A stretch of 34,027 nucleotides of DNA from Acidimicrobiales bacterium (GCA_046596935.1 JBKJLN010000350.1:1-34027); one strand, 5' to 3'. Shown: positions 1 through 7,162, counted from the stretch's first letter. The notes: a model not told the origin generated them from the letters alone. Numbers and translations are program-made.

Positions 1-73
1 TGATGCAGCGACACCGGGCCGGTGGTTCCGCTACACGGTCGGCCATCGGAGCGTTCGCCAAGCGGCGGGCGCT

Positions 74-274
74 GTGACACAGGCGCTGTTCAGCGTGGAC
101 GTTGACCCCGAGGTCCGACCGCTGATGACCGACCTGTCATGGGTCGAGACTGATGCATCCGAGGCTCACGTCGCCCTCATTGGCAACGGCCCCAAACAAA
201 CCGACAACGCCGAGTTTATCGCCGCCGCGATCAACTTCGTTCGCGCCGCCCTCTCGACAGGAGATGAGACGTGA
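74..274 (+). CDS. hypothetical protein (66 aa)
   Basis: GTG start at 74. TGA stop overlaps the GTG start of the next gene (GTGA 271-274). First member of a tightly packed same-strand gene train. No family recognised. Confidence 0.5.
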   Translation: MTQALFSVDVDPEVRPLMTDLSWVETDASEAHVALIGNGPKQTDNAEFIAAAINFVRAALSTGDET

Positions 275-531
275 CCGAACCAACCCTCCGCGAAGCGGCA
301 CAACGCGTCTTGGATGTCGTCGAAAGTGCCGGGTACATCGGCAATCGAGCATCCCTGATCGTCGCTGCGTCTGAACTCGCCGCCGCCCTCGTCACCCAGC
401 CAGCGTTGGACCGGGAGGCGCTGATGGACGCCATCGGTTACGCGCTGCCGATCCCGACGATGCTCGACGTGGATTTCCCCGGCAACACCGCCGACGCCAT
501 CCTCGCCGCCCTCACAGGAGATGAGACGTGA
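271..531 (+). CDS. hypothetical protein (86 aa), C-terminus paralogous to the preceding gene
   Basis: GTG start overlaps the previous stop. C-terminal AILAALTGDET resembles AALSTGDET of the preceding protein. Stop overlaps the next GTG start (GTGA 528-531). Confidence 0.55.
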   Translation: MTEPTLREAAQRVLDVVESAGYIGNRASLIVAASELAAALVTQPALDREALMDAIGYALPIPTMLDVDFPGNTADAILAALTGDET

Positions 532-1052
532 AGCGGCTGGCGGTGCTGGTCGTCATTGCGGCGATGGTGTTGCCTCCCATCGCCGCCGGATCTCGACCAG
601 CACCGCCTATCCAGCCGCTTCACGATGATCAGTTCGTAGCGGTCGCGATCCCGCTGCCGGTCCTCACTGAGCCCGACAGGCGACCACAGGAGACACTTCC
701 AGCCCGACCCGCACCAACCGCCCCGCCAATCGTTGTTGAGGTTCCTGTGCCTGTCCCTGCTGGACACAGCCTGTCGGGCCGCGCGAGTTGGTATTGCAAG
801 GCAGGCGTCAGCGTCTGTCACTACAAGTACCCGCCAGGATCGATGGTCGCCGCAGCCTGCGCCAAGCTCCGTCGAGCAATGGGCTCAGACTGGCGCGGCC
901 AGACGGTCACGGTCACAGGACCAAGCAGCAGCGTTCAACTCAAGTTGGTTGATTTCTGTGCGTCCACGGACAAGGCAATCGATCTGTACTGGGTTGCCAT
1001 GGAGCGGCTCGGCGGGACCGGCGTTCTACCGGTCACAGTTTCCTGGAGGTAG
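528..1052 (+). CDS. secreted/anchored RlpA-like double-psi beta-barrel (DPBB) domain protein
   Basis: 174 aa. N-terminal hydrophobic signal/anchor MKRLAVLVVIAAMVLPPIAAG, then a Pro-rich linker. The C-terminal domain carries SGRASWY...VTVTG...LKLVDFC...AIDLYWVAMERLG...VTVSW, the pattern of RlpA/3D-type DPBB domains. Confidence 0.6.
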   Translation: MKRLAVLVVIAAMVLPPIAAGSRPAPPIQPLHDDQFVAVAIPLPVLTEPDRRPQETLPARPAPTAPPIVVEVPVPVPAGHSLSGRASWYCKAGVSVCHYKYPPGSMVAAACAKLRRAMGSDWRGQTVTVTGPSSSVQLKLVDFCASTDKAIDLYWVAMERLGGTGVLPVTVSWR

Positions 1053-1056
1053 TCCC

Positions 1057-1224
1057 ATGAAGGGCAGGGCTCGCCAGAACCGATCGCATCTGTCCAAGGA
1101 CATCTTCCCGATCGCGACAATCGCTCCAGGTAGCGGGCTCGCCGCGAAGGTGCTCGCAGTCTGGGTGTTGATCGACCTCGGCATCGGACCTGAGTGGGTC
1201 GTGGTCGGGACACTTCGAGTGTGA
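1057..1224 (+). CDS. small hypothetical protein (55 aa)
   Basis: ATG 1057 preceded by GGAGG (1045-1049). It is the tail of track ORF 733..1224. Its stop overlaps the next GTG start (GTGA 1221-1224) and it fills an otherwise empty gap in the gene train. Confidence 0.4.
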   Translation: MKGRARQNRSHLSKDIFPIATIAPGSGLAAKVLAVWVLIDLGIGPEWVVVGTLRV

Positions 1225-1736
1225 GCGCCAAGACTCACCCGTGCGTCTTCGGAGGATCGTTCATCCGTGAACAGATCGATCCCAGGGTGCAGGCGATATG
1301 GCAGGAACGCTGGAAGAAGCCAGCTCGCTTCGGAGAGCTAAGACGCTTGTTCCGAGAGCGTCACTGTCGCGCGGTGAATCCGTATGGCAGTCAGACATGC
1401 CCGTATCCTGAGAAGGACTGCGCGATGTCGTTCCTGCGAGCCGTCGAGGTCAGCATCGACAAAAGCGAGTCGTCGCTCGGGTACTACCGGGCGGTCTGCC
1501 TGAGCAGCGGTGCTCGCCGCGCAGATGAGAAGCCACTTGCGAGGGATCGTGAACCAAGACCTGGTGGACCGAGTCATCAGCCGCGACCTGCACCAATCGT
1601 GGTTCAGGTCGGGGACGGATCTACCGTTTCCATTCTGGGTACGGCAGGGGAGGACGCCATGCGTCGCCGCCTTTCTCGACCCCAACGGATCGGTGACCTG
1701 CTCGGGTCGCATCACGACAAGAGCGATATCCGGTGA
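1221..1736 (+). CDS. hypothetical protein (171 aa from GTG 1221)
   Basis: Same frame as track ORF 1194..1736. GTG 1221 overlaps the upstream stop. Stop overlaps the downstream GTG (GTGA 1733-1736). No family recognised. Confidence 0.5.
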   Translation: MSAKTHPCVFGGSFIREQIDPRVQAIWQERWKKPARFGELRRLFRERHCRAVNPYGSQTCPYPEKDCAMSFLRAVEVSIDKSESSLGYYRAVCLSSGARRADEKPLARDREPRPGGPSHQPRPAPIVVQVGDGSTVSILGTAGEDAMRRRLSRPQRIGDLLGSHHDKSDIR

Positions 1737-2035
1737 AACGAACTCCACTGCGAAGGAAGCCGCGTGCCGCGACGGACAAGGTCTCGCCCGAGCTTCACCG
1801 GGCCGTTCTCGCCCGAGATGATGGATGCGTCGCACGAATCATCGATCCCGACAGTGGCCCATGTACCGATGGCAGGCTAACTCTCGATCACGTGAAGGAC
1901 GCGCCACGCATGGGTGTCCGCGCTCCGAGTGACATGCAACATTTGGTAGTAGTCTGTTACACGCATCACATCTGGACCGGATGGGCAACGAGCCACAGGA
2001 AAGAGCTGCGTGACTACCTTGCCGAGTTCTCGTAG
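1733..2035 (+). CDS. HNH-like endonuclease (short phage type)
   Basis: 100 aa. N-terminal KRTPLRRKPR, then RDDGCV...C.DGRLTLDHV...HLVVVCYTHH, resembling short phage HNH/beta-beta-alpha-metal nucleases. Confidence 0.5.
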   Translation: MKRTPLRRKPRAATDKVSPELHRAVLARDDGCVARIIDPDSGPCTDGRLTLDHVKDAPRMGVRAPSDMQHLVVVCYTHHIWTGWATSHRKELRDYLAEFS

Positions 2036-2579
2036 GACGTACGAACGCAAGCCGCTGGCTGATCGCTTCTGGGAGAAGGTCGAGAAGACGGCGACATGCT
2101 GGAACTGGGTCGGGGCAGGAGCGCCTAGTTACGGACGTATTCGGCAAGGTGGCAAGAACGAACCGTACTTGAGCGCTCACCGCTTCGCTTATGAGTTGGC
2201 GCACGGACCAATCGAGGGTGCGTGGATCGTCTGTCACCACTGCGACAACCGGCAATGCGTGAAGACCGAGCCCGACGAGCAATGGCCTGATGGCCATCTG
2301 TTTCTCGGCACCTACGGAGACAACATGCGTGACGCTGCCGCCAAGGGTCGGATGGCGTCCGGCCGCCGACACCACAACACCAAGCTTTCCAATGATCAAG
2401 TCGCAGATGCCCGGCAGCGGTACGCCAGCGGTGAGAGCCCTTCCGTGCTGGCCCAAGAACTTGGAATCGCCAAGACGACGCTCAGGGTGATGCTCAAAGG
2501 AATCACATGGAAGCACGTTGGGCCGGGTGTGGATTCGCGCACTCGGCCCAATAAGAACCGCAAGGAGATTTATGGATGA
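2010..2579 (+). CDS. HNH homing endonuclease (HNH_3-type N-domain plus C-terminal HTH), paralog 1 of 3
   Basis: Motifs FWEKV..CWNW.G....YGRI....AHRFAYEL..GPI..G..VCHHCDNRQCV...HLFLGT..DNMRD, then KLSNDQV...G.S...LAQELGIAKTTL..ML.G.TWKHV. GTG 2010 preceded by AGGAAAGAG. The start is uncertain (TTG 2019 is the alternative). Confidence 0.8.
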   Translation: MTTLPSSRRTYERKPLADRFWEKVEKTATCWNWVGAGAPSYGRIRQGGKNEPYLSAHRFAYELAHGPIEGAWIVCHHCDNRQCVKTEPDEQWPDGHLFLGTYGDNMRDAAAKGRMASGRRHHNTKLSNDQVADARQRYASGESPSVLAQELGIAKTTLRVMLKGITWKHVGPGVDSRTRPNKNRKEIYG

Positions 2580-2781
2580 TGAAGAAGTCAAGGAGTTAGT
2601 CAGCAAGAGGTTTGGCGGCAAGCTTGTTGAGCCGTCCCGCCGAGAACGGTTGGGACGCTGGATCGCCCAGGTGGTTCATCCACTGATCCACCATCGCGCC
2701 GCGCACGTGAGGATCGGGCCGAACAAGATTCCCGTCTTCATGGGCTACATCTGTTCGATCTGCAAGAGGCCAATGCGATGA
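2572..2781 (+). CDS. hypothetical protein (69 aa)
   Basis: ATG 2572 with AAGGAG 6 nt upstream. Overlaps the HNH stop by 8 nt. C-terminal CSIC motif. Confidence 0.5.
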   Translation: MDDEEVKELVSKRFGGKLVEPSRRERLGRWIAQVVHPLIHHRAAHVRIGPNKIPVFMGYICSICKRPMR

Positions 2782-3260
2782 AGGTCCAACCCGAGCAGGT
2801 CCCGATGTTCTTCGAGGAGGAGCCGCCTCCACCGGAGCTGCCGTACATCGGCCCAGGAGTTGAGCGGGAGGAGGTGGCGGTGCGGGCAGGCACCGTCCTC
2901 GACCACCGATGGACACACCCGATCGAAGGCTACGGCCGCAAGGGCAAGCTCCAGCACGGGCTGTACGACGAGAAGCAGCGGATCTTCCAGACGGGCGGCG
3001 AACTGAGCCGTTTCGTCTACTGGAAGCTCCATCTGGTGTCGTTCAGCTACGACGCCTGGAAGCAGGTCGCCATGAAGACCGACTTCTTTGAGGTGGTGGA
3101 CCACGAGAAGAACGAGGCGTGGCGAATCTCAGGTGAGCGAGCCCGCAACAACGCCGTCACCTATGAAGCAGGGCTGGGCAAGAGAGTCGGCATCCCCATG
3201 AAACTGTGGGACGTAATAACCAGTCGCGGCACGATCCGCCAACAAGGGGAGACGGAATGA
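2778..3260 (+). CDS. hypothetical protein (160 aa)
   Basis: ATGA overlap with the upstream stop. Clean 160-aa ORF with balanced composition. No family recognised. Confidence 0.6.
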   Translation: MKVQPEQVPMFFEEEPPPPELPYIGPGVEREEVAVRAGTVLDHRWTHPIEGYGRKGKLQHGLYDEKQRIFQTGGELSRFVYWKLHLVSFSYDAWKQVAMKTDFFEVVDHEKNEAWRISGERARNNAVTYEAGLGKRVGIPMKLWDVITSRGTIRQQGETE

Positions 3261-3538
3261 AGATGCTGATCCCGATCTCGAAGGAGAACCTGAAGTTCCA
3301 GGTCGATCAGCTCACCACGATCTGCGAGTTCTTCGAGCATCGGGACGAGATGAACGCCCATGTTCACATGGACACCATGCGCCGCAGTCCAATCACGATC
3401 GCGGCGTGGGAACTACGCGAAGAGCTAGCAACAGCTCTCGTACTGGGGGAGGAGGTTGACAATGAAGCCGATCAGCAGCGCGGTGCGACTGAAGCTCGCG
3501 GACCATCTCCAACGGACCGGCCGGTTCGGTATCGCTGA
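3257..3538 (+). CDS. hypothetical protein (93 aa)
   Basis: ATG 3257 overlaps the previous stop (ATGA), with GGAGA upstream. Its 3' end runs 77 nt into the next gene in another frame. Confidence 0.45.
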   Translation: MKMLIPISKENLKFQVDQLTTICEFFEHRDEMNAHVHMDTMRRSPITIAAWELREELATALVLGEEVDNEADQQRGATEARGPSPTDRPVRYR

Positions 3539-3725
3539 CAGCGTTGCTCGCGCAACGGAGATCCTGAACTGGATGGATGCGGCAGGAGTGGAAGTGGTCA
3601 TGCCCGGTTGGGTGCCTGTTGTCGAGGGCATCAGCCAGAAGCTCCCTGGACGCCCGCGTTCATGGGAAGATCTGAAGGGTGCGATCCCCGAGGACTGGGA
3701 TGAAAGGAAGCCGTGGCTGACATGA
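3462..3725 (+). CDS. hypothetical protein (87 aa)
   Basis: ATG 3462 preceded by GGGGGAGGAGG. Stop overlaps the next ATG (ATGA 3722-3725). Confidence 0.5.
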   Translation: MKPISSAVRLKLADHLQRTGRFGIADSVARATEILNWMDAAGVEVVMPGWVPVVEGISQKLPGRPRSWEDLKGAIPEDWDERKPWLT

Positions 3726-4087
3726 CCAAGGAAGAAGCTGTCATCCGTGATCCTGCCTATGCAGCGGCGGCGGGCAAGTGCTGGCTGGCTCGGATGATGG
3801 GCGGTCGGGTCGGCAACGTCGTGGCCGACCATCCGGGCGAGTGCTCATTCTGCGAGTTCGAGCCCGAGTACCTGATCGGTCGGATCGAAGAGTTCCTGCA
3901 CTGGGCAGGGCTCAACCCGATTGACGAGATCCGGATCGGCGAGCCCATCCTGCGTCCACTCCGCAACCAGGTCGAGTCATTCCAGATGCTCGGCGACGCC
4001 GAACAGAAGGCGCTCGTCCGCAAGGCCCAGGGCCACACGCCGCCGAAGACCGATGATGTCGAGAGGCCCTCGGACATCTGGCGGTAA
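3722..4087 (+). CDS. hypothetical protein (121 aa)
   Basis: ATG 3722 overlaps the upstream stop. No family recognised. Confidence 0.55.
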   Translation: MTKEEAVIRDPAYAAAAGKCWLARMMGGRVGNVVADHPGECSFCEFEPEYLIGRIEEFLHWAGLNPIDEIRIGEPILRPLRNQVESFQMLGDAEQKALVRKAQGHTPPKTDDVERPSDIWR

Positions 4088-4106
4088 TCGGGTGGAAGGC
4101 GTGACG

Positions 4107-4289
4107 ATGATCAAGTGGAAGGCGTGTGTTCAGTGTCGCGAACCCACGCTTCTCACTCTCTACTGTGATTCATGCTTCCGGGCCAACTTCAAGAAGATGA
4201 CACTGGAAGAAGAGCGGGACTGGTTGCTGAAGCGAATGACTGCCATCGCAGCCAAGTACACGATCAAGGGTCCAAGGAAGCAAAAATAG
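4107..4289 (+). CDS. small zinc-ribbon-like protein (60 aa)
   Basis: ATG 4107 preceded by GGTGGAAGG. CVQC...CDSC cysteine pairs. It is the tail of track ORF 3921..4289, whose upstream part is an Arg/Ser-rich off-frame artefact. Confidence 0.45.
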   Translation: MIKWKACVQCREPTLLTLYCDSCFRANFKKMTLEEERDWLLKRMTAIAAKYTIKGPRKQK

Positions 4290-4697
4290 ATGGTCCCAGT
4301 CAAGCGTCGGCTCCAACGGATCAGCGCGAGTTTCAACTCGAAAGCAAGGAAGTACCACGTTCGGGGAGTGGTAACGTGGGAGATGCTTGCCAGAGCGGGA
4401 AATCGCTGTTCCTACTGTCCCACCGAACTGACGCTTGACCAAGGAACCTGGGATCACGTCATCGCCTTCGGTGCTGGCGGGTCCAATGAGATCTCGAACA
4501 TCGTCCGGTGCTGCACGTCGTGCCAGCGTAGGAAGCACACAAAGAATCGAGAGGACTATGACGCCCACCGTGCGCTGCGTGTCACCTGTGCCCTGCCTGG
4601 GTGCGACGTGACTTACCAGCCACGGTGGGCTGAATATCAGAACGGAAGGGCACGCTATTGCTCGCACCAGCACGCGGGAGCGGCCCGGTGGCTGTGA
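4290..4697 (+). CDS. HNH endonuclease (classical HNH motif)
   Basis: CSYC...WDHVIAFGAGGSNEISNIVRCCTSCQRRK is a canonical Cys-box/His-Asn-His nuclease core. The ATG immediately follows the previous stop. Confidence 0.8.
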   Translation: MVPVKRRLQRISASFNSKARKYHVRGVVTWEMLARAGNRCSYCPTELTLDQGTWDHVIAFGAGGSNEISNIVRCCTSCQRRKHTKNREDYDAHRALRVTCALPGCDVTYQPRWAEYQNGRARYCSHQHAGAARWL

Positions 4698-5140
4698 ACC
4701 ACTTTCGGTTCACGGTCGATGGACAACCCGCAAGTTGGAACGCGAGCTACCGGATGCGTCAGGCCAAGGTCACCGACAAGCACGGTCAACCCGTGCTTGG
4801 CAATGATCTCCGCCAAAAGACCATCAGCCGCATGTTCAAGACCGACGAGGCGCGGGCCTATCAGGACGGAGTCCAGATGATCGCTCAAGCTGCCAAGCCG
4901 TCGGGCTTCGCGCCGAAGGGCCAGATCATCATCGGTTACCAGTTCCGTCTTGGACGTGCGCTCGACATGGACAACGCCATCAAGATGGCGAACGATGCGA
5001 TTGCCAAGGCGCTCGGCGTCAATGACTCACGCTTCCTGCCGGTGACGTTGAGCTTGGAGACCGGGTGCAGCCATCCGTCGGTCACGATTTTTGTCTTTGA
5101 TGCGGATCACTGGATGCCCATGGTGTTGCCGCATGAGTGA
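4694..5140 (+). CDS. rusA: RusA-family Holliday junction resolvase
   Basis: GTG 4694 overlaps the HNH stop (GTGA). FTVDGQPASWNASYR...KTDEARAYQ...IIIGYQF...LDMDNAIKMANDAIAKALGVNDSRF matches the RusA pattern (D.DN..K...D). Confidence 0.75.
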   Translation: MNHFRFTVDGQPASWNASYRMRQAKVTDKHGQPVLGNDLRQKTISRMFKTDEARAYQDGVQMIAQAAKPSGFAPKGQIIIGYQFRLGRALDMDNAIKMANDAIAKALGVNDSRFLPVTLSLETGCSHPSVTIFVFDADHWMPMVLPHE

Positions 5141-5270
5141 ACACGAGCACTTGCGGCAGGTGCTCTGGGCGTTGTTCTTCAAGCGTCTTGTCAAGGAGAT
5201 GGGCTGGCGCTGGCCTGGATACATGAAAGCCATGCCCGACCGCGAGCTGTATCGGAAGCCCTACAAGTGA
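5133..5270 (+). CDS. small hypothetical protein (45 aa, not in ORF track)
   Basis: Translated by hand: ATG 5133 gives MSEHEHLRQVLWALFFKRLVKEMGWRWPGYMKAMPDRELYRKPYK. It overlaps the RusA stop by 8 nt, and its own stop overlaps the next GTG start (GTGA 5267-5270), exactly filling the gap. Confidence 0.35.
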   Translation: MSEHEHLRQVLWALFFKRLVKEMGWRWPGYMKAMPDRELYRKPYK

Positions 5271-5713
5271 TCGCTGTCGTTGGCTCCCGCGCCCTGCCGC
5301 TCCACAGCGAGCTAGTCTCAGCGGTGGCCGCTGTGGTGGCGACGGACAACTCATTCGGAGTGCGATCGTCGATCGCCCACACGATCACTTCGTCGGTCGA
5401 GGCCGTGGTCGTTCAACTTGCTGGCCGAGTCAACAAGACGGTTCGGATCTTCGAGCCCATCGGCGCAGGACGTGACACGGTCTACGAGAGAGACTTTCGC
5501 CTGGTCGAAGCCGCCACGAAGGTCATCGCCTTCTTCCCGTGGGACGAGTTCATGGAGGGAGGCACAGGTCACGTGGTCAAAGCCGCAATCGATCGAGGGA
5601 TCGAGATCGAGGCATACGCCGTCACCAACAACGGAGAGATCACCTTGATCGCCTCCGATGACGCTGAGGTCAGGTCGGACCCAGCGCTGCTTCCGACCTG
5701 GAGGGCACCATGA
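5267..5713 (+). CDS. SLOG/DprA-like (DUF2493-like) Rossmann-fold protein, tentative
   Basis: 148 aa. N-terminal IAVVGSRALP strand-loop and a later VIAFFP...GGTGHVVKAAIDRGIEIE segment resemble SLOG/DprA-type nucleotide-binding folds. The central motif looks degenerate. Confidence 0.45.
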   Translation: MIAVVGSRALPLHSELVSAVAAVVATDNSFGVRSSIAHTITSSVEAVVVQLAGRVNKTVRIFEPIGAGRDTVYERDFRLVEAATKVIAFFPWDEFMEGGTGHVVKAAIDRGIEIEAYAVTNNGEITLIASDDAEVRSDPALLPTWRAP

Positions 5714-6213
5714 TCACCGACACCCGAGAGATCCCCGAGGACGCCCGCGAGCAAATGCGGTTCTGGCTGGGACAGTTCCGGGCCGACTGGCGAGGCGAGG
5801 TCCCGCTCAAACTCCATGAAGGCCACGGCGGGTTGGGAGCAGCTCCGGCCTTCACTCACGCCTTCAATGACTACATCGGTCGGTTGACCTGCCTGTCTGA
5901 GTTCTGCCACGAGTGCCGCTGCACGAACACGACATGCGACCGCTGCTACGACCGCCGCAAGAAAGAACAACAGACCGCGAACACGGTCCATCGCAATCGC
6001 ACGACCAGGGTCTTCCGCAAGCTCCGCAAGCACGCTCCCCGCGAGTTCGACGTGCTCTACCTGATCTGCCAGCACGGCCTGTCCCTCGAAGAGGTCCGCG
6101 ATCGCCTGAACGAGCGATCGATCCAGAAGGGCAAGCTGGACGAGGAGATCGACACAGCAGGAGTGTTCGTTCTGGCGATGTCGGGTACGGACAAGTGTAA
6201 GAACTGGTTTTGA
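5710..6213 (+). CDS. Cys-rich protein with C-terminal HTH-like segment (possible regulator)
   Basis: 167 aa with an ATGA overlap. Cysteine cluster CLSEFCHECRCTNTTCDRC, followed by REFDVLYLICQHGLSLEEVRDRLNER, which resembles a sigma-region-4/LuxR-type HTH. Last gene of the plus-strand block. Confidence 0.5.
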   Translation: MITDTREIPEDAREQMRFWLGQFRADWRGEVPLKLHEGHGGLGAAPAFTHAFNDYIGRLTCLSEFCHECRCTNTTCDRCYDRRKKEQQTANTVHRNRTTRVFRKLRKHAPREFDVLYLICQHGLSLEEVRDRLNERSIQKGKLDEEIDTAGVFVLAMSGTDKCKNWF

Positions 6214-6229
6214 CCGGACACGTGTCCGG
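6214..6229 (+). terminator. palindromic hairpin directly after the last plus-strand gene
   Basis: CCGGACACGTGTCCGG is a perfect 16-nt palindrome starting 1 nt after the TGA at 6211-6213. A moderately T-rich stretch (GTTGTTTGG) follows. Confidence 0.35.
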
Positions 6230-6291
6230 TAGTCCAAGTTGTTTGGTAGTCCCTGAATCCTTCACCAATGAAGGAAGCAGTACAAAACCCA

Positions 6292-6315
6292 GACGAAATA
6301 CCAAGTGATTTCGTC
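6292..6315 (-). terminator. hairpin with U-rich tail on the minus strand
   Basis: GACGAAAT/ATTTCGTC perfect 8-bp stem with an 8-nt loop. On the minus strand it is followed by TGGGTTTTGTA. Confidence 0.45.
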
Positions 6316-6350
6316 CGCCCTCTCACAGGCGGGCAGAACTGCACACCGAT

Positions 6351-6385
6351 GAAAGAAACACCCCGACCCATGAGGGCCGAGGTGT
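6351..6385 (-). terminator. rho-independent terminator of the late (minus-strand) operon
   Basis: Minus-strand RNA ACACCUCGGCCC-UCAU-GGGUCGGGGUGU forms a 12-bp stem (two G-U wobbles) followed by UUUCUUUC. It lies 30 nt downstream of the last minus-strand ORF. On the plus strand the two wobbles become A-C mismatches. Confidence 0.6.
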
Positions 6386-6415
6386 TGATAGCTTGCCGGA
6401 CAGGTGTGCGTATCG

Positions 6416-6586
6416 TCAGGCTTGGTCCTTCTCACGACGCTCGGACAAGGGCGTCTTGCAGTTGGGACAGATGTCGGTCTTCCCCGTCATCACCACGCTC
6501 TGACGATGACGCTCTCCTTTGAGGACACCGAAATAATGCTTCGGTGGGCACTTGGAACAGAACAGGGGAAGCCCGAACGTCGGCAC
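6416..6586 (-). CDS. small zinc-ribbon protein (56 aa, not in ORF track)
   Basis: Translated by hand: GTG 6586 overlaps the holin-like stop (TAGTG). Product VPTFGLPLFCSKCPPKHYFGVLKGERHRQSVVMTGKTDICPNCKTPLSERREKDQA carries CxxC...CxxC. Followed by the terminator. Confidence 0.45.
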   Translation of the reverse strand: MPTFGLPLFCSKCPPKHYFGVLKGERHRQSVVMTGKTDICPNCKTPLSERREKDQA

Positions 6587-6996
6587 TAGCTGACCGTGGC
6601 CGCAGGCGGCGCTCCGGTTCCGTCCTCAGCAACTGCCTTCTCGACGGGTGTGGTTTCTCGCGTGATCGATGTCTCGGTCGGACTGACCTGGCTGCGGCTC
6701 AGTAGGGCCAGGATCGGAACGATGGCACCGTTGAGTCCTGCGATCTGTTCTGGGGTCAGGTTCAGGCCATACGCACCAGCCACGGCGATGATCGATCCGA
6801 TCGCGTACGTGAACGTGGTTGGACTGATCGGTCGAACGGTGTAGGCGTTGATCGCGGCAGCGGCAGCGTTGATGGCCACGACGATGAGCACTGCCTGCTC
6901 ACCATTGAGCAGCTTGAACCCGTACGTCCCGATCATGATGATCAACGCCGAGATGACGCTGATCCAGAGCGTTGGCTCCCTGCCAAAGATCTTCAC
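6586..6996 (-). CDS. holin-like membrane protein (about 4 TM segments)
   Basis: GTG 6996 preceded by AGAGGAGGAGG. Hydrophobic segments LWISVISALIIMIGTYGF, AVLIVVAINAAAAAINAY, FTYAIGSIIAVAGAYGL and LNGAIVPILALL, plus a hydrophilic C-tail. Located next to the lysin candidate. Confidence 0.6.
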   Translation of the reverse strand: MKIFGREPTLWISVISALIIMIGTYGFKLLNGEQAVLIVVAINAAAAAINAYTVRPISPTTFTYAIGSIIAVAGAYGLNLTPEQIAGLNGAIVPILALLSRSQVSPTETSITRETTPVEKAVAEDGTGAPPAATVS

Positions 6997-7009
6997 GTGT
7001 CCTCCTCCT

Positions 7010-7162
7010 CTACGGGTTGGACGGAACGTCCGTCATGTCCCGGTACTCGGGCTTGTTGACCTTCTTCGGGTCCTTGTGCTCCTCGCGAGTGAGGAACTCA
7101 TCGGCGTGCTTCTTGTGCTCTTCCTTGGATGCGGTGATCGGCGGAGCCTTGGTCTTCGGCAT
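7010..7162 (-). CDS. small highly charged protein (50 aa)
   Basis: ATG 7162 overlaps the lysin stop (TGATG). Product MPKTKAPPITASKEEHKKHADEFLTREEHKDPKKVNKPEYRDMTDVPSNP. It is the tail of track ORF 7010..7255. Confidence 0.4.
   Translation of the reverse strand: MPKTKAPPITASKEEHKKHADEFLTREEHKDPKKVNKPEYRDMTDVPSNP

Noticed and set aside
3-77. 24-codon ORF (MQRHRAGGSATRSAIGAFAKRRAL) at the left window edge, ending in a GTGA junction with the first gene
   Set aside because: Too short and too close to the window boundary to tell a real mini-gene from the end of an upstream gene or from noise.
1839-2621. 260-aa minus-strand ORF antisense to the two HNH genes
   Set aside because: The plus-strand frames carry clear HNH motifs. 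The antisense product is low-complexity Leu/Arg/Ser/Pro-rich.
5569-6237. 222-aa minus-strand ORF antisense to 5267-6213
   Set aside because: It would oppose a tightly coupled plus-strand train with ATGA/GTGA junctions. No motif or start context.
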